From positions 2,016,001 to 2,080,000 of the forward strand of contig CBDCXV010000010.1 of assembly GCA_965223905.1 (NCBI GenBank): DNA of 64,000 nt, written 5' to 3'. The notes below the pieces were generated by a model. That model was not told the origin of the DNA, ran no database searches, and saw only the letters and a program-made list of their open reading frames with translations. Position 1 is the first letter of the stretch. Every line of letters begins with the position of its first letter. Positions 20,909 to 32,073 of the stretch are shown here, piece by piece. The translations under genes and the position numbers were made by a program. This stretch comes from Candidatus Latescibacterota bacterium. GTDB taxonomy: Bacteria; Latescibacterota; UBA2968; UBA8231.

Positions 20909-22138
20909 TTGTGTAAATCAATGTTTTCTCTAAGATTATGTCGATCGACAAGCGTTGGAAGAGGCGCTCGCTATAGCCCGTTTAGGAAGGCAGGCGAAGA
21001 CTATTTGCTCTATGGATACGCCGAGGATCTTGGTGCAGAGGAAGACCTCGTGGCGCTTGTCCCGGATGGTCTTGCCGATAACCTCCAAGTGAAATACGTC
21101 CTGCTTCTTAGTTTCCAGGCGCTGGTATTTTGCCGCCAGACCGCTGCAGAAGGCGTCGGGGCCGATTCGACGGCTGCCCGCTCATTTCGGCAGCAGGTTC
21201 TGTCGGGGCTGGGTGAGCAGCTCTTGCAGCCCGAACCGCTGCGCACGCGGGCATTCAACCGCTACCTAATGAAGCAGACCGGGGTGGGTGGTTCGGATGT
21301 GCGGAAAGGTATGCTGGCCCTGCTCGATTCGCTCGAGGCCGAGCGCAAGGGCAAATCGGAAAAGTGGCAACGGATACGGACGTCGGGGGGGACGCATGTC
21401 AAACCCAGACAGGTCGACAAGCTGCTAAAAGAGCTGACGAAACGGACCCGCAAGGTGCTGGAGAATAACGAGGACGAGACGCTCGGCTCGCTGTTGCAGC
21501 ACGGGGCCAAGAAAGCCGATGTGCCCGATTATCGGGCGCGGGCTGTGCTGTTGCGGGCCCTGGAGGTCCCCACGGACAGCGCGGCCGTCTTTCTCGGTTT
21601 TCCGGCTAAGGTGACCATATTGCTGGAAATGACGACGCTGGAAATGACGAGGGGAATGACGACGAGCGGTTACTTGAGCCAGAGGCTGTTCCCGGTCAGC
21701 GACGACCTTCTCAACGAGGTGAAGCGGGACATTCTTCCCTCTTTAGAGCGGCGGCTGAAAGAGTCGGAGAGCGTTGTCTCGGACTCGATCGCGTCGACGA
21801 AGTCGATGAAGCCAGACTGTCGGCTGGTCTTCGAGATCCGCAAATTCGGTCGGATATCCAGACCATGGATTCCTGAACCTAGAGAGACAGAGGTTGGATC
21901 ATTTACCCCAGCGCCATTTTTCGGCGTATGGTTCTACATGGAGGCCCAGTTGACGATTGAGGATATCGCTACCGGCATAGAAGTACACAGGGACGAAATC
22001 GTCATCCAGTCTTTGTACGGTGTTGGTGAGGCTTACTTAGTAGAAGACATCCATCCCGCACAGGCGTTGATAGGCAAGTTTTACCAAGAGGCAGCCCTGG
22101 CGGTCAGCGAGATCGTGGACGCCTATCTGGCCAAGTAG
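20909..22138 (+). CDS. Hypothetical protein (start uncertain)
   Basis: 409-codon ORF filling the gap between genes; no motif recognised. Confidence 0.55.
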   Translation: MCKSMFSLRLCRSTSVGRGARYSPFRKAGEDYLLYGYAEDLGAEEDLVALVPDGLADNLQVKYVLLLSFQALVFCRQTAAEGVGADSTAARSFRQQVLSGLGEQLLQPEPLRTRAFNRYLMKQTGVGGSDVRKGMLALLDSLEAERKGKSEKWQRIRTSGGTHVKPRQVDKLLKELTKRTRKVLENNEDETLGSLLQHGAKKADVPDYRARAVLLRALEVPTDSAAVFLGFPAKVTILLEMTTLEMTRGMTTSGYLSQRLFPVSDDLLNEVKRDILPSLERRLKESESVVSDSIASTKSMKPDCRLVFEIRKFGRISRPWIPEPRETEVGSFTPAPFFGVWFYMEAQLTIEDIATGIEVHRDEIVIQSLYGVGEAYLVEDIHPAQALIGKFYQEAALAVSEIVDAYLAK

Positions 22139-22360
22139 AGCTGCCTAACCGGCTCCCCTTTTGGCGGGATTATTTGTATCCGTACATGTCACGGGAGAGC
22201 TCGCGCTGCGGTGATGGTCGGTCACGGTGGCCGTCAACGGACATACCCTAGAGGCGGACAGCATCCTCATCGCCACCCGTTCACTCCCGTCCGCTGTACG
22301 CTGCCCAATTCGCGCAGCATAGACCTCGACACGGCATCTCTTTCGTGAGACATTTGTCCG

Positions 22361-22627
22361 ATGACCTCGCGACCGATACAGGACCTCCTCTACCTGCACG
22401 CCAGCACCTTTTCGCCGGCGAGCGAAGTCATCGCGATGACCTTGATGGAAGGTGGCGAGCAGAAGCCGGTGCCGGAAAACGCTGACGACTGGCCCTACCA
22501 GACTGTGCTTGAAGCCGTCGCTGACGGCTGGCGCATCGTCTGTTTTCCCGAGATGTCACTCGTCACCACCAACGACGACGATCTCCATGGTCTGGGCCAC
22601 TTGTTCGTCCTCGAACGGTATGGGTGA
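22361..22627 (+). CDS. Small hypothetical protein upstream of a PhyH gene
   Basis: 88 aa with protein-like composition (WPYQTVLEAVADGWRIV); ends 21 bp before the PhyH start. Confidence 0.65.
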   Translation: MTSRPIQDLLYLHASTFSPASEVIAMTLMEGGEQKPVPENADDWPYQTVLEAVADGWRIVCFPEMSLVTTNDDDLHGLGHLFVLERYG

Positions 22628-22647
22628 GATTCCTATATTCCTGTGAT

Positions 22648-23529
22648 ATGAAAACTCACGATTGCGACCCCACCCTCACAGACTCGCAAGTCCTCGACTT
22701 CTGCCGCAACGGCTTCATCATCCTCAAAGATGTCGTCGAAGAGGACGTCAATCGCCAGGCGACGGAATTCTGCGACCGGGACGACCACTACGAGCCCACC
22801 GGTATTCTGGACGAAGACTGGTTTGTCGAGGGGGTCATTCTCAACAAAGAGGCCGCCGGCGCCGTCCGCTGCCTCCTTGGCGCCAACTTCCATGTGCCGG
22901 TGCTGATGAGCAATCATCGCACACACGGTATCCTCGACGGACTCGCTGGGTGGCACGTGGACGCCAACTCCAGATTTTCACCGGCCGTGAACTACCTCTA
23001 GGTATTTTACTATCCTCAGGACACCCCTCTGGAGTTAGGCCCGACCGCCGTTGTCCCCGGCTCTCACCTCGTGCACAACAAAGCCCGCTTTATGAATCAC
23101 CTGAGCGCCATCCGCGGAGCTGAGCCACTGGTGTCACCAGCTGGCACCATATTCATCACCGACTACTCGATCTGGCACCGCCGCAGCGCCAAAACGAAAG
23201 AGGGTGTGCGCAACATGCTCAAGTACTTCTACTGGCGCACGCAGCCGCCGGCGCGCGACTGGATCGCGGAACCGGATTTCGATTTTTCAGCCGTCGATTA
23301 CAGTAGTCCCATGAGCCGCTTCACCGAACAGTTCCGCGATCACGGCAAGGTGGCGGAAAAGTTTCTCTGGTTGTGCGGTGAGCACGGCGCTTTCCAGAAT
23401 CTCGGCGGTCAGAGCTGGCCTCTGCCGGCGCACCGCAACGACATCCCATACGGCTATCCTGAGGACTTGCCGGTCATCGCCGGCAGACCTTCGCCACACG
23501 CGTTGCGCGTCGCCGACAAGAAGACCTGA
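22648..23529 (+). pseudogene. Phytanoyl-CoA dioxygenase (PhyH) family protein with an in-frame amber stop
   Basis: WHVD motif; NYL*VFYYPQDT..GPT..PGSH continues in frame through TAG 22999-23001; WHR motif follows. Confidence 0.8.
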
Positions 23530-23938
23530 CGACGCAGTATCCGTCGCGCGCCGATCCTCTGCGCCTGTAGCGCCAGCGTTGACCCGCTGATCAACTCCCT
23601 GAGTTAGCACACCGGCAGAAACTGCGGTCTCATACCCAGACTGCCGTCCCCACTACAGCAATCCGACCCACTAGCACGCCTCGAAACTCCTCTCGACAAG
23701 GTCCGGCCCTCCCACGATACTACTGATAACCCCTCTTATCGGCCTATCCTCCTACGGCACTGATTATAGTTTCCACTAGAAAGGAATTAAGGATGACACA
23801 TAAGTATTCGGTAATTCTCTGCACCCTCGCTGCCAGTGGTGGAAACGTTTGGGAGGACCCGCGCACGGTGCTTGAGACGATTGCCACCGCGGGTTATGAC
23901 GGTGTCGATCTCGATGCGGAACCGGACAGGATTGACCC

Positions 23939-24793
23939 GAACCTATCTCAAAATTGAAATTGTTTAAGTAAAATCAAAATGGATGCAAGTTGGACGAAGC
24001 CAAGGAAATTCTCCGGATACAATTCCCAGCGAGTGATCACTCGACGCTGCCATTGAAGCCAAGCAAAGAATCTCTCAACCATCCAACGCCGCACATAACG
24101 CCGCAATCGCCGTCCATCCTGAGTCTTTTTCTTGGTCCGATTCTGGCGATGCGGGGCGATCATCTCGATCCCGTCTTTCTTAAGTTCTTCATCCAACGAA
24201 TCGCTGTCGTACGCTTTGTCACCGATCAAGTTGTCAGGTTTGTCTTCGATCAGGTAAAAGTCAAAGGTCAACTGAACCAGCGTCACTTCATGATGGTTCG
24301 CTGCATGCGTGCTCACCGACAAGGGAAGCCCATTGCCGTCCACGATCCCCATGACCCGCACCCCCTTACCTCGCTTGCTGTGGCCGACATCGGCACCTCC
24401 ACCCTTGGCCGCCGAGAACATGCCGTCGATGAAAGCTTCCGATTCGTCCAGGTCCCCTTGCTCGTGAAGGGTATTGGCCAAGTCCATGAGAACATCGCGC
24501 AGCACCTCGTTGCGACACCAATTTTGAAAGCGACGATGCACCGTTTTGTAGTTCGGATAGCCCTGCGGCAGCATGTGCCATTGGGCACCGGTATTGAGAA
24601 TCCAAAGGACGGCTTCAAGAACCTCACGTGTGGCAACTGGTTTGCGGCCCGGATGGCTTTTGGGACGATGTTCTTCAGGAAAGTGATGACGGATTCGCTC
24701 CCATTGCTTGTCGGTCAAAGTAACCATATAAATAATGATACATTATCATCAATCAGAACTCAAGATTAAATTTTGTGATTTTGAGATAGGTTC
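23939..24793 (-). mobile_element. IS5-family IS, copy 1 (855 bp)
   Basis: IRs GAACCTATCTCAAAAT/ATTTTGAGATAGGTTC; 2-bp duplication CC. Confidence 0.92.
23948..24727 (-). CDS. IS5-family transposase
   Basis: LTDKQWERI, TGAQWHMLP, IDG, GDKAYDS, RWMVERFFAWL. Confidence 0.92.
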   Translation of the reverse strand: MVTLTDKQWERIRHHFPEEHRPKSHPGRKPVATREVLEAVLWILNTGAQWHMLPQGYPNYKTVHRRFQNWCRNEVLRDVLMDLANTLHEQGDLDESEAFIDGMFSAAKGGGADVGHSKRGKGVRVMGIVDGNGLPLSVSTHAANHHEVTLVQLTFDFYLIEDKPDNLIGDKAYDSDSLDEELKKDGIEMIAPHRQNRTKKKTQDGRRLRRYVRRWMVERFFAWLQWQRRVITRWELYPENFLGFVQLASILILLKQFQF

Positions 24794-25071
24794 CCAAAAC
24801 TGTTTGCCGAAGTCGCCGACATGGCGATATCGCTCGGTCTGAAAATCCCGGCATTAATCGGTGCCTGGGCGCTTTGGCACGCCGGGGAGGCAAGAGACCT
24901 AGCGTCAAGCGACGAATCAGTCAGAGACCATGCGGTAAACTATGCCAAAAAAAGCATCGACCTGGCCGCTACCTTCGATGAACCACCCGTTTTTGAAATC
25001 GTCGCATGCCCAGTCCAGGCTGAGTATCCCGCTACCAGCATGCCCTTCGATATCCTCAGACGGAACTTCAT

Positions 25072-25924
25072 GAACCTATCTCAAAATTGAAATTGTTTAA
25101 GTAAAATCAAAATGGATGCAAGTTGGACGAAGCCAAGGAAATTCTCCGGATACAATTCCCAGCGCGTGATCACTCGACGCTGCCATTGAAGCCAAGCAAA
25201 GAATCTCTCAACCATCCAACGCCGCACATAACGCCGCAATCGCCGTCCATCCTGAGTCTTTTTCTTGGTCCGATTCTGGCGATGCGGGGCGATCATCTCG
25301 ATCCCGTCTTTCTTAAGTTCTTCATCCAACGAATCGCTGTCGTACGCTTTGTCACCGATCAAGTTGTCAGGTTTGTCTTCGGTCAGGTAAAAGTCAAAGG
25401 TCAACTGAACCAGCGTCACTTCATGATGGTTCGCTGCATGCGTGCTCACCGACAAGGGAAGCCCATTGCCGTCCACGATCCCCATGACCCGCACCCCCTT
25501 ACCTCGCTTGCTGTGGCCGATATCGGCACCTCCACCCTTGGCCGCCGAGAACATGCCATCGATGAAAGCCTCCGATTCGTCCAGGTCCCCTTGCTCGTGA
25601 AGGGTATTGGCCAAGTCCATGAGAACATCGCGTACCACCCCTTGACGACACCAGTTTTGAAAACGGCGATGCACGGTTTTGTAGTTCGGATAGCACGGCG
25701 GCAACATATGCCATTGAGCCCCGGTGTTTAGAATCCAAAGGACGGCTTCAAAACATCACGGGTGCAAACCGGTTTGCGACCCGGATGGCTCTTGGGACGA
25801 AGTTCTTCAGGAAAGTGATGCCGGATTCGTTGCCATTGCATGTCGGTCAGATTGACCATACACCAATGATACATCACTGTCATTTCGAAAACAAGTTTAA
25901 GTTTGCCTATTTTGAGATAGGTTC
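25072..25924 (-). mobile_element. IS5-family IS, copy 2 (853 bp, mosaic, transposase frameshifted near 25750)
   Basis: Same IRs; 2-bp duplication AT; near-identical to copy 1 up to ~25630, then diverged. Confidence 0.9.
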
Positions 25925-26403
25925 ATAAAATCAGCAAAGGAGATTGCAGCGTACGGCGGCGATCGAGGAGTCTCGGTGGCCATCGAGCCTATCAACCGGT
26001 TTGAGGGCTATGCCGGCTTTTTGAACAGTATCATCGAAGCCAAAAGCATCGTCGACGAGGTGGACGTCGACAACCTCGGTCTGCTGGCCGATTTCTTCCA
26101 TGTCAATATCGAAGATGGGGCACTGGGCGAAACGCTGAGGTTAGCCGGCGACAGGCTGATGCACGTCCATCTTGCCGACAGCAACAGGCAGACGCCCGGT
26201 ACCGGACATATCGATTTTCTCCAAGTGATCAGGACGCTCAACGCCATCGGTTTCAGCGGCTACCTGTCCCTTGACACGGTTCCGGCCCGACCCGATTGGA
26301 AGACGGTGGTGGAGGTGTCGATTCAATTCATGAAGCAAATGGAGAGTACCGCGGAGCTGCAAGAGAGAATCACCAAAAGAGATTGACATAAAGGAGACTT
26401 TCA

Positions 26404-26700
26404 ATGGCTGGATTCGATGTCGACGGACACGTAGCCCAACTGGAAAGGGAAGGCTACACTATTATTCGCGACGTGTTGCCGCAGGAAGAGATCGAGAAGT
26501 CGAAGGGGGCGATCGACGAAGTACTGGAAGCCGAGCGCGAGATCGCCACCCAGTACGGCCTCCAGAGCGAAGATCTGAAGATGTGTTTCAACGCCCAGGG
26601 AAAGCACCCGTATTTCTACGGTCTCGCTCTGCGCTACCCTGAGCCGGTGCAAGTAATCCGTCGGCTCCTTGGCGACGACATGTTCGCCCACAACGCGCAC
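26404..26700 (+). pseudogene. N-terminal fragment of a PhyH-family dioxygenase
   Basis: AAGGAG RBS; QLEREGYTIIRDVL motif; ends before the HxD motif. Confidence 0.7.
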
Positions 26701-27090
26701 TTGAATGGCAGGTAAATGCCGGTGTAGTTCGTTCACCGTCAACACCGGCGCTGATTCCAAATCAAGTCCAAGAGTAGCCTGGTCCAACCCCCGCTCTCGA
26801 AGCACCACCACCAGCCTTTCCACCGCTTCAGAGGTTCGCCAACCTCCTTGATAGACCTCCTTCATCCACCAAGGACGGCGTGGACCCTCTAACCATTTAG
26901 CACTACCCATTACGGCAAACGGATCCCCGACCCGGGGGAACACGGCAAAGCTGGGTAATTCCTGGTCCTGCCAATGCATCGATAATGGATTATGGGCGTC
27001 GGTAGCATAGACTGCCGTCTGCAGGTTTGTTGGGATGAGCGCGTCCAAACCCTCATTCCCCATGTATGCACGAATCCGGTCAAGATTCAT
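26700..27090 (-). pseudogene. N-terminal fragment of an Xaa-Pro peptidase/creatinase-like protein
   Basis: LDRIRAYMGNEGLDALI...LGLDLE; runs into the antisense of the PhyH fragment. Confidence 0.6.
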
Positions 27091-27851
27091 TTTCTCGTTC
27101 CTCGATCGACAGCGTCGAGCTGCTCTTCTTCCCCAAGCTGGCGGGTGAAGTCAGCAATGAGTTCCTCGGTGGTACAAACCTGTCCTATGCTATGAAAGCG
27201 CTCCCAGGCAGACTTTTGCCTCTCTAGTGGCGCGGGGGAATCAACTGCATCCGATAGGGCAACAATACCGTATCCGCGTTCCGAACCCTCAAAGGCCGTT
27301 GCCCAGACACACCCCCCGGTACCATTGCCGGTCATCACCATAGCTTTTATCCCCCAACTGTGCAGCATCCAGTCGATATCCGAGGTGGCAAACGCGGACG
27401 AGCCTCGCTTGCGGACGATAGCCTCACCTGCCTGCGGCGTAAGCTCATCGACAATTTGCGTATCCCAGGTGCCGAAATAGTAGTTGAGACTCATGCCGGC
27501 TCGCTGTTCGATGTCCAGGATGCAGGCTCTGAAATTGGGAGGAAATTCCCGATAATCAGGCCCCCAGCAGCCGGTCATCACGTGAATGACGGGTAGGTTG
27601 TGTTTGCGGTAGAAGGCAAGCAGCCGCTGGGTGTTAGGCAACTGTAACTGGGCAACCCGATCTAAATACGCCAAAATCGCCTCTCTACGTTCGCTACTTC
27701 CTATTTTCAGATGCGACCGCATCATAGCGCCTTCAGGCTTGCAAAACATGTTCTGATTATCAATCATGGTCAGGGCTGCTGGCCTGATCCTGATGGGAAT
27801 CCGGTTACGAGACCACACTTCTTGGGGCTGCGGTTGTGTGTCAAGTTTCAT
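27087..27851 (-). CDS. Isochorismatase-family cysteine hydrolase
   Basis: IDNQNMF, KRGSSAF, TGNGTGGCVWATA. Confidence 0.85.
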   Translation of the reverse strand: MKLDTQPQPQEVWSRNRIPIRIRPAALTMIDNQNMFCKPEGAMMRSHLKIGSSERREAILAYLDRVAQLQLPNTQRLLAFYRKHNLPVIHVMTGCWGPDYREFPPNFRACILDIEQRAGMSLNYYFGTWDTQIVDELTPQAGEAIVRKRGSSAFATSDIDWMLHSWGIKAMVMTGNGTGGCVWATAFEGSERGYGIVALSDAVDSPAPLERQKSAWERFHSIGQVCTTEELIADFTRQLGEEEQLDAVDRGTRK

Positions 27852-28376
27852 TCTAATTGCGCTCTCCTTTCGCGACAGTCCTTTCGCGACAATAGTGGGT
27901 AGCTGATCCTTTCCAGAATGAATTCATTGCCGACCCGTGTGTGATGGAATCGTCCATCATCAGAGCTCGGCCGTCAGATCGCTGCGCTCGAGGAGATCGA
28001 TGCACTCATCGATCTGTCTGTCGATCTCTGGAACTGCCATCGCAATGCGCTCCACTGTTGGATTGGTTTTGGTCGGTCGCGATCGGCGAATCTCACGAAC
28101 TGATGAGCGGGGGTCAAGAAGACGCGCTCAGACCCCTTTTTGACTCTCTGAGCCGGCAAATCTATGCTTGCCCCCGTTCACCGTCCCGACCGATCAGCAT
28201 CCGCTTCCAGTTCAGCAACGCCAGCTACGGCGCGCATCAAGACGCCGCCTTGCTTTGGAACGGGCCCTCGATGGCTCCGCCGCGCAATTCGAACGAACCG
28301 GCACGATATGGGAGTTCTACCATCCGCAGGGGGGAAGACCGGAAGGATCTCCAGCGCAAGCCGGACACAGAGTTCA

Positions 28377-29922
28377 CCCTCTGGTTGCATAAAAACAGGG
28401 CATTTTTCATCTCTGAGCTGCCACACTTCACTTGCGGCGCCTCTGAAAATGGGGTATTGATGATGTCGCCCAAGACATTTATCGACCCCTTCCAGGAGGA
28501 CACCGCAAGTGAAGTGTAGCAAACAGCCATTTTAGCCCGTTTTCACAAGCTCCCGCGTCTTCGCTTCGAGGATCAACAGCTTACCTCCTTTGCAGGAACG
28601 ATTGTTTTTCAACTCCTCTTCCAGCGCCTGGATCTCAAGGCTCGACTGAAGCCATGCTTCCCCGCCAAGAGCTCAGCGATCTTTGGTCCCCATCTCATTG
28701 TAATGTGGCTCATCTTGCATCTGCTGCTGGGCTTCCGGCGGCTGCGCGACGTCGATTATTACCGGGACGATCCCGTGGTCTTGCGCTTGTTGGGCGTACG
28801 TCGCCTGCCGGATGTGGCCACCGTCAGTCGCACGCTGGCGAAAATGGGCCATTCCAGTGTCGAAAAAGTGCGCCACCTGTCTTCGACCTTGGTGGTGCAA
28901 GCGCTCCGGCGCGAACGCTGTCCTCGCCTGACCCTCGACTTCGACGGCTCGGTGTCCTCCACTTGTGGTCATGCCGAAGGTACCGCGGTCGGCTACAATC
29001 CCAAGAAAAAAGGGGCGCGCAGCTACTACAACCTGTTTTGCACGGTGGCCCAAACCGGTCAATTTTTCGATGTCCTTCACCGGCCCGGCAACGTCCATGA
29101 CAGCAAGGACGCTCATGAATTCATGATGAACGTTTTCGATCGCGTGGGCGACGAACTGGCGCACCCCGTGCTCGAGTCCCGACTGGACAGCGCCTTCTTC
29201 AGCCACCACACGCTTACCCTCATGGACCTGTATGGCGTCGAATGCACGATCAGTGTCCCTTTCGAACGCTTTGCGCTACTCAAGGACAAAATCGAGGCGC
29301 GTCAGCGCTGGTGCTATCTCGATGAGCAATGCTCCTATTTCGAGAGTGACTGGAAACCCAAAAGCTGGCCGGCCTCGTACCGGTTTCTCTTCGTGCGCCG
29401 TAGGGTACGGCGCCAGACCAAGGAAGCGCTGCAACTGGATCTGTTCGAACCCCGAGCATTCGATCACGAGTACCGCGTTGTGGTTACCAACAAGCCGAGC
29501 TCGGCACGTAGCGTGCTCCTCTTCCACTATGGCCGCGGCGCTCAGGAAGGGATCTTCGCCGAGGCCAAGCAACATGCCGGGCTGGATCTGATCCCCACCC
29601 GACGGCTGCTCGGCAACCGAATGGTTACTTTGTGTGCGATGATGGCCCACAACCTGGGGCGCGAAATGCAGATGCTGGCGCAGGCGCGATCCAACTATTC
29701 GCGTGCCAAACGGCCGGCGGCGTGGACCTTCCAGACCCTGGGCACCTTGCGTCAGCGCTTCCTGCATCGCGCCGGGCGTCTCACTCAGCCCAAGGGCGAG
29801 TTGACCCTGACCATGAACTCGAATCCAAAAATCGAAAAGGATCTGTTGCATTTTCTCGATACACTGAAGGATGCGGCCTGACCACAACCACCTCCTTCAA
29901 GCTGATTTATGCAACGTTAGGG
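28377..29922 (+). mobile_element. IS1380-family IS, second type (~1546 bp)
   Basis: Imperfect IRs CCCTCTGGTTGCATAAA/TTTATGCAACGTTAGGG; flanking TTCA duplication. Confidence 0.85.
28509..29881 (+). pseudogene. IS1380 transposase with a probable N-terminal 1-bp frameshift
   Basis: Frame open from ~28526 (QQLTSFAG, LDFDGS, RLDSAF, RGAQEGIFAEAK); the GTG at 28509 is out of frame. Confidence 0.75.
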
Positions 29923-31218
29923 TTCAATCGCCCGTGCAGTGATTATCTGGGACACAATCCTTTGCTGGCCATGGCCCGACTCTACGAGCAGGCCAAGATC
30001 GGAGGGCATTAGCGGTAGTGCTGGGCACTTTGTGCCCGATGAAGGCTTGAGCGGATGAGGCGCGTTTATTGCCGCTCCCACGTCTCAACGAAGCCAGTAT
30101 CGTCGATGATGACTGTCAGCCGGTCGCCCGTGATCGTGTAATCACCAGATGGATAGGACGTACAAGGACCCTTTTTGCGAAGGGAGTCGATTGTTCGATC
30201 GAAGATATCTGCCCGAGGCGGATCGCGAATTCGTCGTCATCTCAGACACGCACTACATGCTCGACGTCGGAGATGCGCCGCTCGAGTTCGAGTCACGTCG
30301 GAAGCAGACACCCCGGGCCGGGGTCGCACTCCGTCTGGTCGCGGCCTTGGGCGTGGATCCCGTCGTGCATCTCGGCGACCTGGTCCAGGAGTATCCTGAG
30401 ACGGGCGACTTCGACCGGGCGGTCCACGAGGCGCTTCGGCAGATCAGCGACACCGGCCTCGCGCCGCACTACGTCGCCGGGAATCACGACGTGGGCGACA
30501 AGCCGGACCCGACGATGCCGACCCACAACGTCACCCGCGAAACACTCGGAAAATTCCACAGCCGGTGCGGTCCCTCCTGGAAGCGCATCGACCTCGGTCC
30601 GCACCGCATCCTGCTCCTGAATTCCCAAATCCTCAACACGGACCTGCCCGACGCCGCGCAGCAGCGTACGTGGATCACCGAGCAGCTATCAGAACGAACC
30701 GACGGGCGCACGTTCGTGTGTCTTCACCTGCCCCTCTACCTGTTCGACGGGAAAGAGCAGGGCTTCGGTCACTACGATGTGATCGACGAGCCCGACCGGA
30801 CCTGGCTTCTCGACCTGATCCAGAGGAGCGACGTCGACACGATCTTCGCCGGCCACGTCCACTTCGCGTTTGCCGACCGGATCGGATCCACGGACTACCG
30901 CGTCCTGCCGTCGCCCTCTTTCGTGCGACCCGGTTTCTCGCACCTGTTCTCGTCATGCGCGCCGCCCGAGCAGGGACGTGACGACACGCCCAAACTCGGG
31001 TTCACCTTCGTACGAACGGTCGGTGAACGAACGGACCTCCACACGATTCGAACTGGCGGCGCCGAAACCGTCGACGGGCGATCGCGCCTGCTCACGCGAA
31101 CGAGCGCGGCCCTCCCCGACTCCCCCGTCGGCGTCACGCTGAGGGGGCCTGTCTCCCCGGCCAGCAAGGTCCCCGTCGCCTACCCGTCCGTCATCGAGCA
31201 GCCGGTCCGCAACAACTA

Positions 31219-32073
31219 GAACCTATCTCAAAATTGAAATTGTTTAAGTAAAATCAAAATGGAGGCAAGTTGGACGAAGCCAAGAAAATTCTCCGGATAC
31301 AATTCCCAGCGAGTGATCACTCGACGCTGCCATTGAAGCCAAGCAAAGAATCTCTCAACCATCCAACGCCGCACATAACGCCGCAATCGCCGTCCATCCT
31401 GAGTCTTTTTCTTGGTCCGATTCTGGCGATGCGGGGCGATCATCTCGATCCCGTCTTTCTTAAGTTCTTCATCCAACGAATCGCTGTCGTACGCTTTGTC
31501 ACCGATCAAGTTGTCAGGTTTGTCTTCGATCAGGTAAAAGTCAAAGGTCAACTGAACCAGCGTCACTTCATGATGGTTCGCTGCATGCGTGCTCACCGAC
31601 AAGGGAAGCCCATTGCCGTCCACGATCCCCATGACCCGCACCCCCTTACCTCGCTTGCTGTGGCCGATATCGGCACCTCCACCCTTGGCCGCCGAGAACA
31701 TGCCGTCGATGAAAGCTTCCGATTCGTCCAGGTCCCCTTGCTCGTGAAGGGTATTGGCCAAGTCCATGAGAACATCGCGCAGCACCTCGTTGCGACACCA
31801 ATTTTGAAAGCGACGATGCACCGTTTTGTAGTTCGGATAGCCCTGCGGCAGCATGTGCCATTGGGCACCGGTATTGAGAATCCAAAGGACGGCTTCAAGA
31901 ACCTCACGTGTGGCAACTGGTTTGCGGCCCGGATGGCTTTTGGGACGATGTTCTTCAGGAAAGTGATGACGGATTCGCTCCCATTGCTTGTCGGTCAAAG
32001 TAACCATATAAATAATGATACATTATCATCAATCAGAACTCAAGATTAAATTTTGTGATTTTGAGATAGGTTC
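31219..32073 (-). mobile_element. IS5-family IS, copy 3 (855 bp)
   Basis: Same IRs; 2-bp duplication TA; nearly identical to copy 1. Confidence 0.92.
31228..32007 (-). CDS. IS5-family transposase
   Basis: Differs from 23948-24727 only by one V/I substitution that I can see. Confidence 0.92.
   Translation of the reverse strand: MVTLTDKQWERIRHHFPEEHRPKSHPGRKPVATREVLEAVLWILNTGAQWHMLPQGYPNYKTVHRRFQNWCRNEVLRDVLMDLANTLHEQGDLDESEAFIDGMFSAAKGGGADIGHSKRGKGVRVMGIVDGNGLPLSVSTHAANHHEVTLVQLTFDFYLIEDKPDNLIGDKAYDSDSLDEELKKDGIEMIAPHRQNRTKKKTQDGRRLRRYVRRWMVERFFAWLQWQRRVITRWELYPENFLGFVQLASILILLKQFQF

Larger units (their letters stand above)
23793..26386 (+). pseudogene. Sugar phosphate isomerase/epimerase (TIM barrel) interrupted by two IS5 copies
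   Basis: Segments rejoin in frame: ..RIDP|KLFAEVADMA..RRNFI|KSAKEI..AIEPINRFE..DFFH..HVHLADSNR..PGTGH. Confidence 0.85.
28230..30012 (+). pseudogene. C-terminal remnant of a probable trehalase/GH63-like hydrolase, split by IS1380
   Basis: QFERTGTIWEFYHPQGG..DLQRKPDTEF|NRPCSDYLGHNPLLAMARLY rejoins across the IS. Confidence 0.55.
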
